Of a stretch of DNA of 64,000 nucleotides, positions 28,712 to 38,456 are shown one piece after another (the stretch's first letter is position 1; every line of letters begins with the position of its first letter). This DNA comes from a virus: IMG/VR virus record IMGVR_UViG_3300045988_108509, positions 1 to 64,000 of that record; one strand, 5' to 3'. Made by a program: the position numbers and the translations under genes. Below the pieces are notes generated by a model that saw nothing but the letters and a program-made list of their open reading frames with translations, made no database searches and was not told where the DNA came from.

Positions 28712-28909
28712 ATGGAAAAGAAGGAATTTAAAGTAGGAGAAGTATTTACTGCCGGACTTGTAAGATTAAAATGTGTGGAAGGTGATACATGCGATGGGTG
28801 TATATTCGAAGATTACGATTCTTGTTCATGTACAGACATAATTATTGGTCCATGTGGACATGTTGATAGACAAGATAACAAGAATGTTATTTTTATTAAA
28901 GCTGATTAA
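28712..28909 (+). CDS. small Cys-rich protein (third member of the 269/1689 family); SD AAGGAGGG
   Basis: ORF track; C-x-G-C-x-F...C-x-C pattern. Confidence 0.5.
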   Translation: MEKKEFKVGEVFTAGLVRLKCVEGDTCDGCIFEDYDSCSCTDIIIGPCGHVDRQDNKNVIFIKAD

Positions 28910-28911
28910 GA

Positions 28912-29625
28912 ATGTACATCAATTTCAGACAACTTGCAGCATCAGACATGACTCCTAATGATCTTGCCAATCTTCTTGCCATAAGACAGAAGGATTCGGT
29001 TATGATCGAAGCCATGCCGGAAGAAGATGCTGGGAGGTATATAGAGCTTGGCCTGGTTGAGAAATTAAAATCAGGCGTGATGAGATTGACCAACAAGGGA
29101 ACGTCTTTTGTAAATTATATAGAGACACCGGAAATGACAGACGAGGTTCTGGAAACGTTGAAGATTATGATAGGAATGTACGAATCATATTCAAAAGACA
29201 TAGGTGTCAGTAGAAAAGAAGCGGAATCCAGATTGTGTTGGTTTATGGGTAACACCTCATTCAAGAAAGAGGTCATACTTCAGGTAACGGAATCTTATAT
29301 AGCAGAGTCAGGAGATTATACAATGAGCTTATGTAACTTCATATGGAAACCGCCTTCTCAGGCTTTTTCAGTCCATATGAACCTTAAAAACTCAAAGCTC
29401 TTCGACTTAATAGCTGAAAAATTCAAGATCGCTACCAAGCCTTATTTGGAGTCTAAGAAGAATAAGGAAATGGATTGGTTGTTTGCCGTATCTAAATTGC
29501 CTACGCCGCCGGCTAAAGGCAATCCGGATTATTTGTTTACCGGAAGTTCTGAAACAGACAAAGAGAGATTGAAAAACATAAAAACGTATTTATTTAACAA
29601 AATTAGAAAGCAATGGAAAAAGTAG
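28912..29625 (+). CDS. hypothetical protein (237 aa)
   Basis: ORF track. Confidence 0.55.
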   Translation: MYINFRQLAASDMTPNDLANLLAIRQKDSVMIEAMPEEDAGRYIELGLVEKLKSGVMRLTNKGTSFVNYIETPEMTDEVLETLKIMIGMYESYSKDIGVSRKEAESRLCWFMGNTSFKKEVILQVTESYIAESGDYTMSLCNFIWKPPSQAFSVHMNLKNSKLFDLIAEKFKIATKPYLESKKNKEMDWLFAVSKLPTPPAKGNPDYLFTGSSETDKERLKNIKTYLFNKIRKQWKK

Positions 29626-29864
29626 AAATCAGAAAGATTATAGAGGATATAATTATTACTCAGTTTCTTAATTCGTAAATGGATATAGTTCATGAAGAAG
29701 ATGTGACGTTTAAAGAACTTGGATTAGATTCTCTTGATCAAATTGAACTGGAAATGATGGTGGAACAAAAATTAAATATTGTTATTATTGATTATGATAT
29801 GGAGACCATCAAAGATATGACTGATCTTGTTTACAAAATAATAACAGAAGGGTATGGGAAGTGA
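29613..29864 (+). pseudogene. acpP: acyl carrier protein homolog interrupted by an in-frame TAA (29676-29678) directly followed by ATG; DSL phosphopantetheine-site motif intact (ELGLDSLDQIELEMMVEQ)
   Basis: Hand translation 29613 onward gives MEKVEIRKIIEDIIITQFLNS-stop-MDIVHEEDVTFKELGLDSLDQIELEMM...EGYGK. It aligns end-to-end with a bacterial AcpP-like sequence. The ORF track shows only the 61-aa distal part. Confidence 0.6.
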
Positions 29865-30348
29865 CATAATTTTATGCATGGCTTTAATAGCGTCATTTGC
29901 TTTTGTTATACAGTTTTTGTTATCGATATTAGGATCTGATCTGGATACGGATATTGACATTGACAGTGCTTCTGATTTAAGCATGTCTTTGTCGGACATC
30001 ATATCATTCAAGGGCATAACACATTTTATTCTTGGATATAGCTGGACTACCTACTTTTCGGGTTCCCATTTAGTAGGGGTTGTGATAGGGTCGTTTTTCT
30101 TTATCGTTTTGTTTTACGTATATAAGTTACTTCTTAAGTTAAAGCAAGAAATGGTGTACGAATGTCCGGAAGATTTAAATGGAAGAGAAGTGGAGATAGT
30201 GTTTAGATCAGGGAAGAATCATTATATGGTAAATATTTCGAAAAATGGAAGACAGGAGCAAATGAGAGTAAGATGCTTGTCTGGAAAAACCTACAAAAAC
30301 GGTGACAAGGTGAATATAAAATATGAAGAAGGAGAATTAAGTATCTAA
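29854..30348 (+). CDS. NfeD-like membrane protein (3 TM helices + C-terminal OB/beta-barrel domain)
   Basis: Topology and C-terminal G..V.V..G....V.V.G pattern are typical of NfeD/YuaF. It sits immediately upstream of a flotillin gene, as in yuaF-floT operons. Confidence 0.6.
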   Translation: MGSDIILCMALIASFAFVIQFLLSILGSDLDTDIDIDSASDLSMSLSDIISFKGITHFILGYSWTTYFSGSHLVGVVIGSFFFIVLFYVYKLLLKLKQEMVYECPEDLNGREVEIVFRSGKNHYMVNISKNGRQEQMRVRCLSGKTYKNGDKVNIKYEEGELSI

Positions 30349-30379
30349 TTTTTTTATCAACAATTAAATTTTAAAAGTT

Positions 30380-32080
30380 ATGACAACAATCATGTACGTG
30401 TCAGCTATCTTAGCTGTAGTGATTATTTTGACAATCATCGGAGTCTTATCAAGGTATCGTAGATGTAAGCCTAATCAGGTCTTGGTCGTTTACGGTAAGA
30501 CAGGTGGGGAAAAGAAATCGGCGAAATTATATCATGGTGGAGCGGCATTTGTCTTGCCTATTATTCAAAGCTATGATGTTTTGTCAATGGAGCCTATGCA
30601 AATAGATTGCAAGCTTACCGGTGCTTTGTCATCTCAGAATATTAGAGTAGATGTACCTACGACCATTACAGTAGCTATCAGTACAAATCCCGAAATCATG
30701 CAAAATGCGGCAGAAAGACTTTTGGGGATGGATACCGAATCTACTGAAAATCTTATTACGGACATCGTTTACGGTCAGATGCGTTTGATTATTGCTGAAA
30801 TGACAATCGAAAAACTTAATTCTGACAGGGATGAGTTTTTGGATAAGGCGAGAAAGAACATTGATAACGAGCTTAACAAGTTAGGTCTTTACCTCCTGAA
30901 CATCAACATCAGTGACATCAGAGATGAAGCCGGTTATATTATGAACCTTGGTAAGGAAGCTGAAAGTAGGGCTCTGAACGAGGCACAGGCTAATATCGAA
31001 GAACAGGAGAAGCTGGGTGCTATTAAAATTGCTGTACAGCAGAAGGAAAAAGAAACGGCTGTGGCTAATACCAAAAAAGAACAAGAGATTCAAATTGCTT
31101 GTACTGAAAAAGAAAAGGAGACAATAGTAGCTGAAACGAAGAAAGAAAAAGAAATAGCTTTAGCTTTAACCGATAAAGAGAAACAGATCGGTGTAGCCCA
31201 AGCAGATAGAGACAGGGCTGCGGTTATCGCAAAAACTTTAACCGACAAGGAATCGGCGATCGTAAGATCTAAGGCAGAACTTGAAGTAAATAAAGCCGAG
31301 GCTGAAAGAATGGAAGAAGTCGGAAAGAATAAGGCTGAAGCTGACAAGGAAGCAGCTATAGCAATACAAGACTCTGAAGCTCAGATTAAGAAGGCTGAGG
31401 CTGAGAAAAATGCGTCTATAGGATACAACAATGCCCAGAAGGAGGTTGCTGTGTCAGTATCAGAACTACAGATCATCAAAGCTCAATCAGAGAAGAAGGC
31501 CGGAGAAGAAAAAGTTAAATCGGAAGCGGCTGTAAAAACAGCAAAAGAGCTTGCCGAAAAAGAAGTGGAAGAAGCTAAAGCTAAGAAAGTTCAGGCTGCG
31601 CTTAAGGCTGAAAAGATTGTGCCGGCTGAAATTCAGAAACAGGAGGCTATGTTGCAAGCTGATGCTGAAGCTGAGAAGATCAAACGCCGGGCTGAGGCTG
31701 AGGCATCAGCACATTTGGCAAAAGCTGAGGCAGAGGCAAAAGCTATTCAGATGAAGCTGGAGGCAGAAGCCGAAGGTAAGAAAAAGTCGTTAATGGCAGA
31801 AGCCGACGGATTTAAGGCTATGGTGGAAGCAGCAGAATCCAATCCTCAGATCGCCATCCAGTACAAGATGGTTAATCAGTGGAAAGAAATTGCTGGAGAA
31901 CAGGTTAAAGCATTTGAGCACATTAATCTCGGAAATATCACGGTATTTGACGGCGGTCAGAACAGTACCGGTAATTTCCTTAACAATGTTGTCAAGACCG
32001 TCGCTCCGGCATTGGGAGTCATTGATCAGCTTCCGATTGCAGATACTTTAAAGAAATTAAAAGGAGATGACAAAAAATAA
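30380..32080 (+). CDS. floT: flotillin-like SPFH/Band-7 protein with N-terminal membrane anchor and AEAEA (EA-repeat) coiled-coil region
   Basis: N-terminal TM, SPFH-type core, long Ala/Glu heptad region with repeated AEAEA motifs, C-terminal flotillin-type tail; 566 aa. Confidence 0.8.
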   Translation: MTTIMYVSAILAVVIILTIIGVLSRYRRCKPNQVLVVYGKTGGEKKSAKLYHGGAAFVLPIIQSYDVLSMEPMQIDCKLTGALSSQNIRVDVPTTITVAISTNPEIMQNAAERLLGMDTESTENLITDIVYGQMRLIIAEMTIEKLNSDRDEFLDKARKNIDNELNKLGLYLLNINISDIRDEAGYIMNLGKEAESRALNEAQANIEEQEKLGAIKIAVQQKEKETAVANTKKEQEIQIACTEKEKETIVAETKKEKEIALALTDKEKQIGVAQADRDRAAVIAKTLTDKESAIVRSKAELEVNKAEAERMEEVGKNKAEADKEAAIAIQDSEAQIKKAEAEKNASIGYNNAQKEVAVSVSELQIIKAQSEKKAGEEKVKSEAAVKTAKELAEKEVEEAKAKKVQAALKAEKIVPAEIQKQEAMLQADAEAEKIKRRAEAEASAHLAKAEAEAKAIQMKLEAEAEGKKKSLMAEADGFKAMVEAAESNPQIAIQYKMVNQWKEIAGEQVKAFEHINLGNITVFDGGQNSTGNFLNNVVKTVAPALGVIDQLPIADTLKKLKGDDKK

Positions 32081-32243
32081 ATACAATGGCCCAAGGTTAC
32101 ACTTGGGCCTAATTGAAGAAATAAAAGCAGCATTCATAGATTTCCTGCCTGCGGGAACAGTGATTTTAAGTGCTTTACTAATTACGATATTTTTAACATG
32201 GATTTTGGACAAGATTTAGAACCAGAAGAACTGACCGGGCATT

Positions 32244-32603
32244 ATGATCAGTGTTATGGAATTGATTTTGAAACAGAAGAAGAGGAGGATGAAGAATATG
32301 ACGGATGAGGAATTTGCATTAGATAATAAGAAAAAAGTTGTTGTAAGAAAAAGAATATCCTATTTAAGCAAAGGGGATAAAGTGTGGATCGTGTCTTCCG
32401 ACGGCTACCTGCTACACACGGACGTCGTTCGGCGGGACCGGGGCCGATCTTATGTGGATATAGACGGGATACTGTATTGGAAGCGAGGATTAGATGGCAA
32501 GCATCGTAATCGTAATAACTACATGCAGTTTGCCATGACGCCGGAGGACGGTAAGAAGTATGTCGTATATTACCCGGAAGGATTTAAAGACAATGACTTA
32601 TGA
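32244..32603 (+). CDS. hypothetical protein
   Basis: ORF track; GC island at 32395-32460. Confidence 0.45.
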   Translation: MISVMELILKQKKRRMKNMTDEEFALDNKKKVVVRKRISYLSKGDKVWIVSSDGYLLHTDVVRRDRGRSYVDIDGILYWKRGLDGKHRNRNNYMQFAMTPEDGKKYVVYYPEGFKDNDL

Positions 32604-33619
32604 TGATCCCGGAAACGCATTTGCTATATAAGGAGTTTAATGGCGTGAAACGTCTTGCCATTTCCTATTCCCAGATAGATACGTTTCTTACTTGTCCAAT
32701 GAAATGGTATAAGACTTATGTGGAAGGTAAAAGATCTACGGAAAAACAAGAAGCTACGTCTTATGGTACGGTTATTCATAAGACACTGGAATACTTCTTC
32801 AAGAACGGAAGACAGCCTTCTGGTAAAGACCTTGGAGAAGCGATAAGTTACTATGCTTACCAAGAAGACATACCTTGGCAATCACCGGAAAATATGATGA
32901 TAGCCATGAAGCAATCCGGGGAGCTTCTTGCTTGGATTGTGGATCTATTTAAAAAAGACGGCAATAGGTTTATGATAGCTGATAGTGATCTTAATCCCTG
33001 CGAGAAACTTATCAGACACGGCGCTATAGTTGGAGTCGAAGAAGATTTTGTGCTGCCGTATCGTCTTCCTAAGCCTGTTGATATAAATGGTGACGTTCAT
33101 ACACATGTGTACATAGTAGGATCAGTAGACCTTCATCTGGCTATAAAAAGCAAGAACGTAGTTCACCATTATGTCATAGATTGGAAATCAGGGAATAAGG
33201 TTTTTGATTCTAAGAAGTTGGAAACGAATTTACAGCATCCTATATATTCATTTTACATCTATAGAAAATATGGTGGGGTTCTGCCGGATATGAACATCTA
33301 TTTCTTTACCAGGACCAGACAATACCAAAAGGTTAAAGTTGATGAGGAACGTAAAACAAAATCTATAGAAATGCTAAATGACACTTTATCCAAAATGTAT
33401 GATTTTGAAGATAATAGTGTAAAAACATTTCAAGCGTACATCCAGGGGGCAGAAGGAGCCAGGTATAGCAGGCGGCGCGCCACCCTAAGCCAGCCTGTTC
33501 CGCAAAACAAGCTGCCCTGCCCGTCAGCACTGTGTTATTATTGTGACTTTGGATTACATAACAAAAACGAATGCCCTTTCTCTTCGGATTGGGATCCGTC
33601 TAAAAAGATAAAACGATGA
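32600..33619 (+). CDS. Cas4/RecB-like PD-(D/E)xK nuclease with Fe-S Cys cluster (N-terminal TCP; VIDWKSG; C-terminal CPSALCYYC...ECP)
   Basis: D-x-K-S-G motif plus 1+3 Cys arrangement read in the translation. Confidence 0.6.
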   Translation: MMIPETHLLYKEFNGVKRLAISYSQIDTFLTCPMKWYKTYVEGKRSTEKQEATSYGTVIHKTLEYFFKNGRQPSGKDLGEAISYYAYQEDIPWQSPENMMIAMKQSGELLAWIVDLFKKDGNRFMIADSDLNPCEKLIRHGAIVGVEEDFVLPYRLPKPVDINGDVHTHVYIVGSVDLHLAIKSKNVVHHYVIDWKSGNKVFDSKKLETNLQHPIYSFYIYRKYGGVLPDMNIYFFTRTRQYQKVKVDEERKTKSIEMLNDTLSKMYDFEDNSVKTFQAYIQGAEGARYSRRRATLSQPVPQNKLPCPSALCYYCDFGLHNKNECPFSSDWDPSKKIKR

Positions 33620-33758
33620 AATACGAGGATGTTCAAAAGTTAAGAACAAAATACCGGCAAGATCCGGAAGTTATAAACTTGACATACATGAGAGACGTTG
33701 CTGTAAGATGCGGGAATTTCAAGAAAGCGTTTGAGATTCAGGAGAAGCTGGAGGATAT

Positions 33759-34109
33759 ATGGTTCAACTATTTAAAAGGAGTCCAATGAAAGAAGATCTA
33801 ATATGTGGAGTAGCGATCCTTTTGTATTTAGTTTTATTATACTTACTCACGACAGCTTTCATAAAAACAGGTAGAGCAGTAGGTCGTTATAAGATGAAGA
33901 AGAAAACTGACAAAATCAAAGTAGGTCAAAGATACGAACATAAGGGCTACTTTGAGGATCCATTTGAAAGAGGCAAGCATGTGATTAAGATATTAGACAT
34001 AAAAGAAGGGTACGCTCTATATGAGTACGAAGAAAAACTATATATACGTTCTTCTGAGAGTCTTGAAGATATTGTTAAAAAATATATTTTAATTACTGAT
34101 ATAAAATAA
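33759..34109 (+). CDS. membrane protein (N-terminal TM)
   Basis: ORF track; hydrophobic LICGVAILLYLVLLYLL. Confidence 0.45.
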   Translation: MVQLFKRSPMKEDLICGVAILLYLVLLYLLTTAFIKTGRAVGRYKMKKKTDKIKVGQRYEHKGYFEDPFERGKHVIKILDIKEGYALYEYEEKLYIRSSESLEDIVKKYILITDIK

Positions 34110-34115
34110 GGGGTT

Positions 34116-34502
34116 ATGGAAAAGAAAGTCACAATCAAAGAAGGGATGGATATTTTTTACAAAAATGCAGGGAAAGATATATGGGTCTATATTGGACTTT
34201 TTGGAAATAAAGTGCTATCCATTTTAAAAAACAAAGGTGTTATTGCATGTGAAAACGATGCTGAATATTGCGTGTTGATGGATGGAGAAGATCATTTTAT
34301 AAGTATAGCAAAAGACATGAGTCACGACTATTGTTGTGAATACGTTGTAGAAAGAGCAGAAGCCTACAGAGACTACCCCTCCAAAGGTGCTACATGCAGT
34401 GTATGCCTGTTTGAAGATAATGAGAATAAGGCAAGGGAGATGTTGAAAGAGGCGATAATAGAACTTTCAAAAAATAATATAATAGATTGTGATGGGCTTT
34501 GA
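34116..34502 (+). CDS. hypothetical protein
   Basis: ORF track. Confidence 0.5.
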   Translation: MEKKVTIKEGMDIFYKNAGKDIWVYIGLFGNKVLSILKNKGVIACENDAEYCVLMDGEDHFISIAKDMSHDYCCEYVVERAEAYRDYPSKGATCSVCLFEDNENKAREMLKEAIIELSKNNIIDCDGL

Positions 34503-35913
34503 ACTTAGACCTTACCAGAAAGAGGCAGTAGATGCCGGGCTTAAGTTTCTTACAGGAAGATCTAAGAAGCCTGGCATAATCGTAGCTCCATGCGGATGTG
34601 GAAAGAGCCTTCTGATATCCAAGATAGCACATGAAATAAATAGACCGACATTAGTATTACAGCCCTCAAAAGAGATTCTGGAGCAGAATTATGCAAAGGC
34701 TGTATCGTTTGGCTCCAAACCTACTATATACTCTGCCTCATGTGGCGTAAAGGAATTATCGGCTATGACTTATGCTACACTTAAAAGCATAAAGAAAGAT
34801 GTAGCAAGGTTGAAAGATATAGGGATAGATACCTTATTGATAGACGAATGCCACTCGGGGTATTCCCCTGAGGAAGGTTCTGAATTTATGGAGTTTATGA
34901 ACGGGTTTCCAGAGGCGAAGGTGCTGGGCTTCACCGCCACGCCCTGCCGCCTCCGGACCTACAGCTCCATGCTGGAAGGGAACTATAGCAAGCTCAATAT
35001 GCTGACGAAAGACGAACATAACTTCTTCAAGAAAATAGTTCATGTGACTCAGATACAAGAACTAACTTCTCAAGGGTTTTGGTGTCCACTTAAGTACGAA
35101 CGATGGTCTTTTGATGAATCGGCTCTGATGTTAAACAGTACCGGAGCCGAATACACCAACGAATCTATTAAAGAAAGTATTGTACGAAACGGCTTAAACA
35201 ACTCTATCTACAAGCGCCTTCTTCAACTTATGAACGAGCGTAAGGCCATTTTAGTCTGTATGGATTCTATCGAATCATGTAATAGAATATCAGAGTTCAT
35301 GAATGCCAGGATGGGAGCCATAACCGGTGTCGTGACATCGCTAACAACCAAAAAGAAAAGAGAGCAAATTATATCCGATTTCAAAGAAGGTAAGTTAAAG
35401 GTCGTGTTTAATTATTCAACGCTTGCTACCGGATTTGATTTTCCTGAACTTGATTGCGTGATGTTTGGACGCCCAACATTCTCATATTCAACATATTACC
35501 AGGTTCTCGGCAGGTGCGTTCGTATTCATCCTGACAAGAAAGAGGCGCTGATTGTTGACTGCTGCGACAACATGAGGCGTTTCGGCCGGATAGAAGACTT
35601 GACAATCGAACAATTCCCTTCTAAGGGATGGTGTATGTTTGCCGGCGATCAACTTCTGTCCAATATAAGGATGGGTGATATTATTACCAAAGACGAGATC
35701 CTTCGCCGGGCAGCCTCGCTTAAATCTGTGAATGGAGATGGTAGGAGAGAAGACGATCTTGACAGTATAATAATGTGGTTTGGAAAATATGAAGGAATTA
35801 GATTCAAGGACATACCGGTGTCGTATTTTAGGTTCTTGGCTGAGAATATGGCAGTAAAACCAGGAGACAGGAAAGAAAAGATTATCGAATATTATAATAG
35901 GATAAAAGCATGA
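34489..35913 (+). CDS. superfamily-2 DNA helicase (RPYQ, GCGKS Walker A, DECH box, TATP motif III)
   Basis: Helicase motifs I, II and III and the Q-like motif were read in the translation. Confidence 0.75.
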   Translation: MMGFELRPYQKEAVDAGLKFLTGRSKKPGIIVAPCGCGKSLLISKIAHEINRPTLVLQPSKEILEQNYAKAVSFGSKPTIYSASCGVKELSAMTYATLKSIKKDVARLKDIGIDTLLIDECHSGYSPEEGSEFMEFMNGFPEAKVLGFTATPCRLRTYSSMLEGNYSKLNMLTKDEHNFFKKIVHVTQIQELTSQGFWCPLKYERWSFDESALMLNSTGAEYTNESIKESIVRNGLNNSIYKRLLQLMNERKAILVCMDSIESCNRISEFMNARMGAITGVVTSLTTKKKREQIISDFKEGKLKVVFNYSTLATGFDFPELDCVMFGRPTFSYSTYYQVLGRCVRIHPDKKEALIVDCCDNMRRFGRIEDLTIEQFPSKGWCMFAGDQLLSNIRMGDIITKDEILRRAASLKSVNGDGRREDDLDSIIMWFGKYEGIRFKDIPVSYFRFLAENMAVKPGDRKEKIIEYYNRIKA

Positions 35914-36266
35914 ACAACAAGAGAAGAAAAAAAATATCGGATGTTATTAACAGCGTAAATAAGTATAAAACAGATTTTGAATACATCAAATCAAAGTTAT
36001 CGGAGTTGAAGTGCAACATAAATTCAGCCAAAGATGATGTTGATATGATTTTAGACGAAGAGACTGAGGCGAGAGATAATATACCGGAATCGTTACAAGA
36101 CTCAGAAAGATATTGGGAATCAGATCAGGCTGTAACTGATATGGAGGAGGTGGTTGATGACATGGAAGGTATTATAAATGATATAGATGATGTGATTTCA
36201 ACCATAGATGGGAGCATTAAAACCATAAATGGTTCTATAAAAGTAAATTTGGTAGGAATAATGTGA
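35910..36266 (+). CDS. acidic hypothetical protein
   Basis: ORF track. Confidence 0.45.
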   Translation: MNNKRRKKISDVINSVNKYKTDFEYIKSKLSELKCNINSAKDDVDMILDEETEARDNIPESLQDSERYWESDQAVTDMEEVVDDMEGIINDIDDVISTIDGSIKTINGSIKVNLVGIM

Positions 36267-36335
36267 GTCCATAAAAAACACTATGGTAATTATATACCAC
36301 TTTACACTTTTCCTTAGTATTATTCCCATATAATT

Positions 36336-36375
36336 GAGATTGTGTCAAAATGCTGGCACAATCTCTTTTCGTTTA
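36336..36375 (+). terminator. Rho-independent terminator: perfect 9-bp stem GAGATTGTG/CACAATCTC, 12-nt loop, then TTTTCGTTT
   Basis: Read directly. It lies 70 nt after the stop at 36266. Confidence 0.7.
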
Positions 36376-36398
36376 CTAAAAAATCAATATAACAAGTT

Positions 36399-36743
36399 AT
36401 GAAAAAGAATAGACATAAAAAAGAATCGCTTTTAAACAAGCGGGTATTAGTTAAGTGGATAGATTCCAACCTATCAGAAAGAACATGGGTAGATCTGGAG
36501 GATTACGAAACAGATATATCAGAAATAGAGAGCTATGGTATTGTTGTACATGAAAATGAGAGATCTATATCTGTAGCTGGTCATTATGCTGTTGGTAATT
36601 CCAATACATTAGAACAAGCTTCTGGTATAATGACCATACCAAAAGCTTGTATTAAAGAACTTATTTTCCTTTCTTTTGGCAACCACTCTTACTTTTTCCA
36701 CGACGGGAAGCGGCTTGTAAAGTGTAACCAACACTATAAGTAA
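36399..36743 (+). CDS. hypothetical protein
   Basis: ORF track. Confidence 0.5.
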   Translation: MKKNRHKKESLLNKRVLVKWIDSNLSERTWVDLEDYETDISEIESYGIVVHENERSISVAGHYAVGNSNTLEQASGIMTIPKACIKELIFLSFGNHSYFFHDGKRLVKCNQHYK

Positions 36744-36754
36744 AATTTAACACA

Positions 36755-36819
36755 ATACGCTTGTATTAAAGTTACACAATCTATATTTTTACGTCGTGTA
36801 ATTTTAATACAAGCGTATT
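36755..36819. promoter_or_regulatory. 24-bp imperfect inverted repeat AATACGCTTGTATTAAAGTTACAC / GTGTAATTTTAATACAAGCGTATT, 17-bp spacer; operator or hairpin
   Basis: Read directly (1 mismatch). Half-site core GCTTGTATTAAAG also occurs at about 36646 inside the upstream gene. Confidence 0.5.
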
Positions 36820-36840
36820 TTATTAGATAATTTAAAAGGT

Positions 36841-37557
36841 ATGATTTCTAAAGACAGGTTATTGTATGGAGTGGTAATCAGACAAGACATTAAAACTTCC
36901 TTTATGTCATTAACTGGATTACAAGAGGCATATACAAGAAAAAGAGTAGAGATGGGGTGGAATGATAAGAGAATAGAAAATATTCTTTCGAACAAGGAGA
37001 GTGCAGAAAGGATATTTTATATTCTTAAAAAACAGAAATACATAAAAAGTGAAAACTTGAAAGAGTTTATGGATATAGTGGAAAACAACTCTTTGATAAA
37101 AGTAATGAAGTGGTATAATGCCTATAAGACTACAGGAAGAGGAACAAACAGGAATGTTATGTGTGATCCCTACATATGGGTATTAGTCGCTATAGAATTA
37201 AATCCTATGCTGTATGCAGAAGTTACTGGATGGTTAAATGATAAACTTATTTTGGATAGAATAGAGATAGGGGATAAATACAATACTCTTTCAAGGTCTG
37301 TATCAAAATTTGAAGATGTTGATTATATAGAAATGGCTGATAAGTTAAACTGGATTGTATTCAATAAACATAAATATGTTTTAGATAACAGAGCAACTCA
37401 AGAGCAGTTGAAAGAACTTGAAACCCTACAGTCTAATCTTGCATTCTGCATAGAGATGGGAACCATCTCTTCTTTCTCTAATTTAATGAACATGATGAGA
37501 TCTATATATGTAAAGAAATGGGGAGAAGAGGCTGTAACTTCTAAAAACGTAAAATAA
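36841..37557 (+). CDS. KilA-N / Bro-like DNA-binding (antirepressor-family) protein, tentative
   Basis: The N-terminal region and the CDPYIWVLVAIELNPMLYAEVTGWL segment resemble KilA-N and Bro-C/KilAC domains. The assignment is by eye. Confidence 0.4.
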   Translation: MISKDRLLYGVVIRQDIKTSFMSLTGLQEAYTRKRVEMGWNDKRIENILSNKESAERIFYILKKQKYIKSENLKEFMDIVENNSLIKVMKWYNAYKTTGRGTNRNVMCDPYIWVLVAIELNPMLYAEVTGWLNDKLILDRIEIGDKYNTLSRSVSKFEDVDYIEMADKLNWIVFNKHKYVLDNRATQEQLKELETLQSNLAFCIEMGTISSFSNLMNMMRSIYVKKWGEEAVTSKNVK

Positions 37558-37558
37558 T

Positions 37559-37846
37559 ATGGGAGTAAAAGAAATAAGAGAACTACTTAGACTCTACAAT
37601 CTCGAACATAGTGTCGTCCAGAACAAAAACTCTGGGCGGTATTCTATTATTCTCCATAACAACATCATAGGAACGAACGTAGATGGAGAGAAGGTAGTTG
37701 TGTTCAGAACCATTCCGGATGGAAGCAATACGTTCTCTATGGAGCGAAATAGATTCTATGAGGGGTTTGTAGAGGCTTTTGATGACGATAAGGCGATTGA
37801 AGCCGTAAAACAGTATTTTGAGAAAAACAGAAATGATAGGGTATAA
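37559..37846 (+). CDS. hypothetical protein
   Basis: ORF track. Confidence 0.45.
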   Translation: MGVKEIRELLRLYNLEHSVVQNKNSGRYSIILHNNIIGTNVDGEKVVVFRTIPDGSNTFSMERNRFYEGFVEAFDDDKAIEAVKQYFEKNRNDRV

Positions 37847-37898
37847 GACGAAGATGGATTATATTACTATCGAAATGAGGTAAAACAACGATAAAGCA

Positions 37899-38456
37899 AT
37901 GGAAAAGATGGATGATAATACTAAAAATATCCTTTATCCAAAAGGATCTATTTTTCGCATATTAAAAGATGATATAATCAGTGCCGAATTTAAAATCGTC
38001 AAAGGAGCTATAGCGGAGGCAGTATCAGACATAGAAGTAAATGATAAATATGCTGAGGTTTGTTGCAATGGGGAGACGTTCGTCATAGAAACGGATATTA
38101 TGGATATTATTCTTACCAAAGACCCCATAGAAAACAAATCGGTGAAAAATGACATCATTGACGACAAACTACGATGGGATTTGCTTCCAATGGAAGAGAT
38201 TGAGGATATTGTAAGAGTCTATCATGCTGGTGCAAAGAAGTACGGACCCAATAAATGGCAGAACCTTGACAACGGGTTTGAACGGTATCGTGCTGCGGCT
38301 GCCAGACACCTAATGGAATACATGAAAGGGGAAAGAGTGGATTCCGATACAGGATGTTTTCATCTTGCACAATGTGCATGGAACTGTATAGCTATGCTGT
38401 GGTATGACAAGCATGGAAAAGGGTTGATACCATTAAACAAGGAGGAAAAGAAATGA
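37899..38456 (+). CDS. dATP/dGTP diphosphohydrolase N-terminal-like (DUF5664-like) domain protein, tentative
   Basis: Motifs KLRWDLLP ... RHL ... D-SDTGCFHLAQCAWN resemble that phage nucleotide-pyrophosphohydrolase domain. The match is from memory. Confidence 0.4.
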   Translation: MEKMDDNTKNILYPKGSIFRILKDDIISAEFKIVKGAIAEAVSDIEVNDKYAEVCCNGETFVIETDIMDIILTKDPIENKSVKNDIIDDKLRWDLLPMEEIEDIVRVYHAGAKKYGPNKWQNLDNGFERYRAAAARHLMEYMKGERVDSDTGCFHLAQCAWNCIAMLWYDKHGKGLIPLNKEEKK

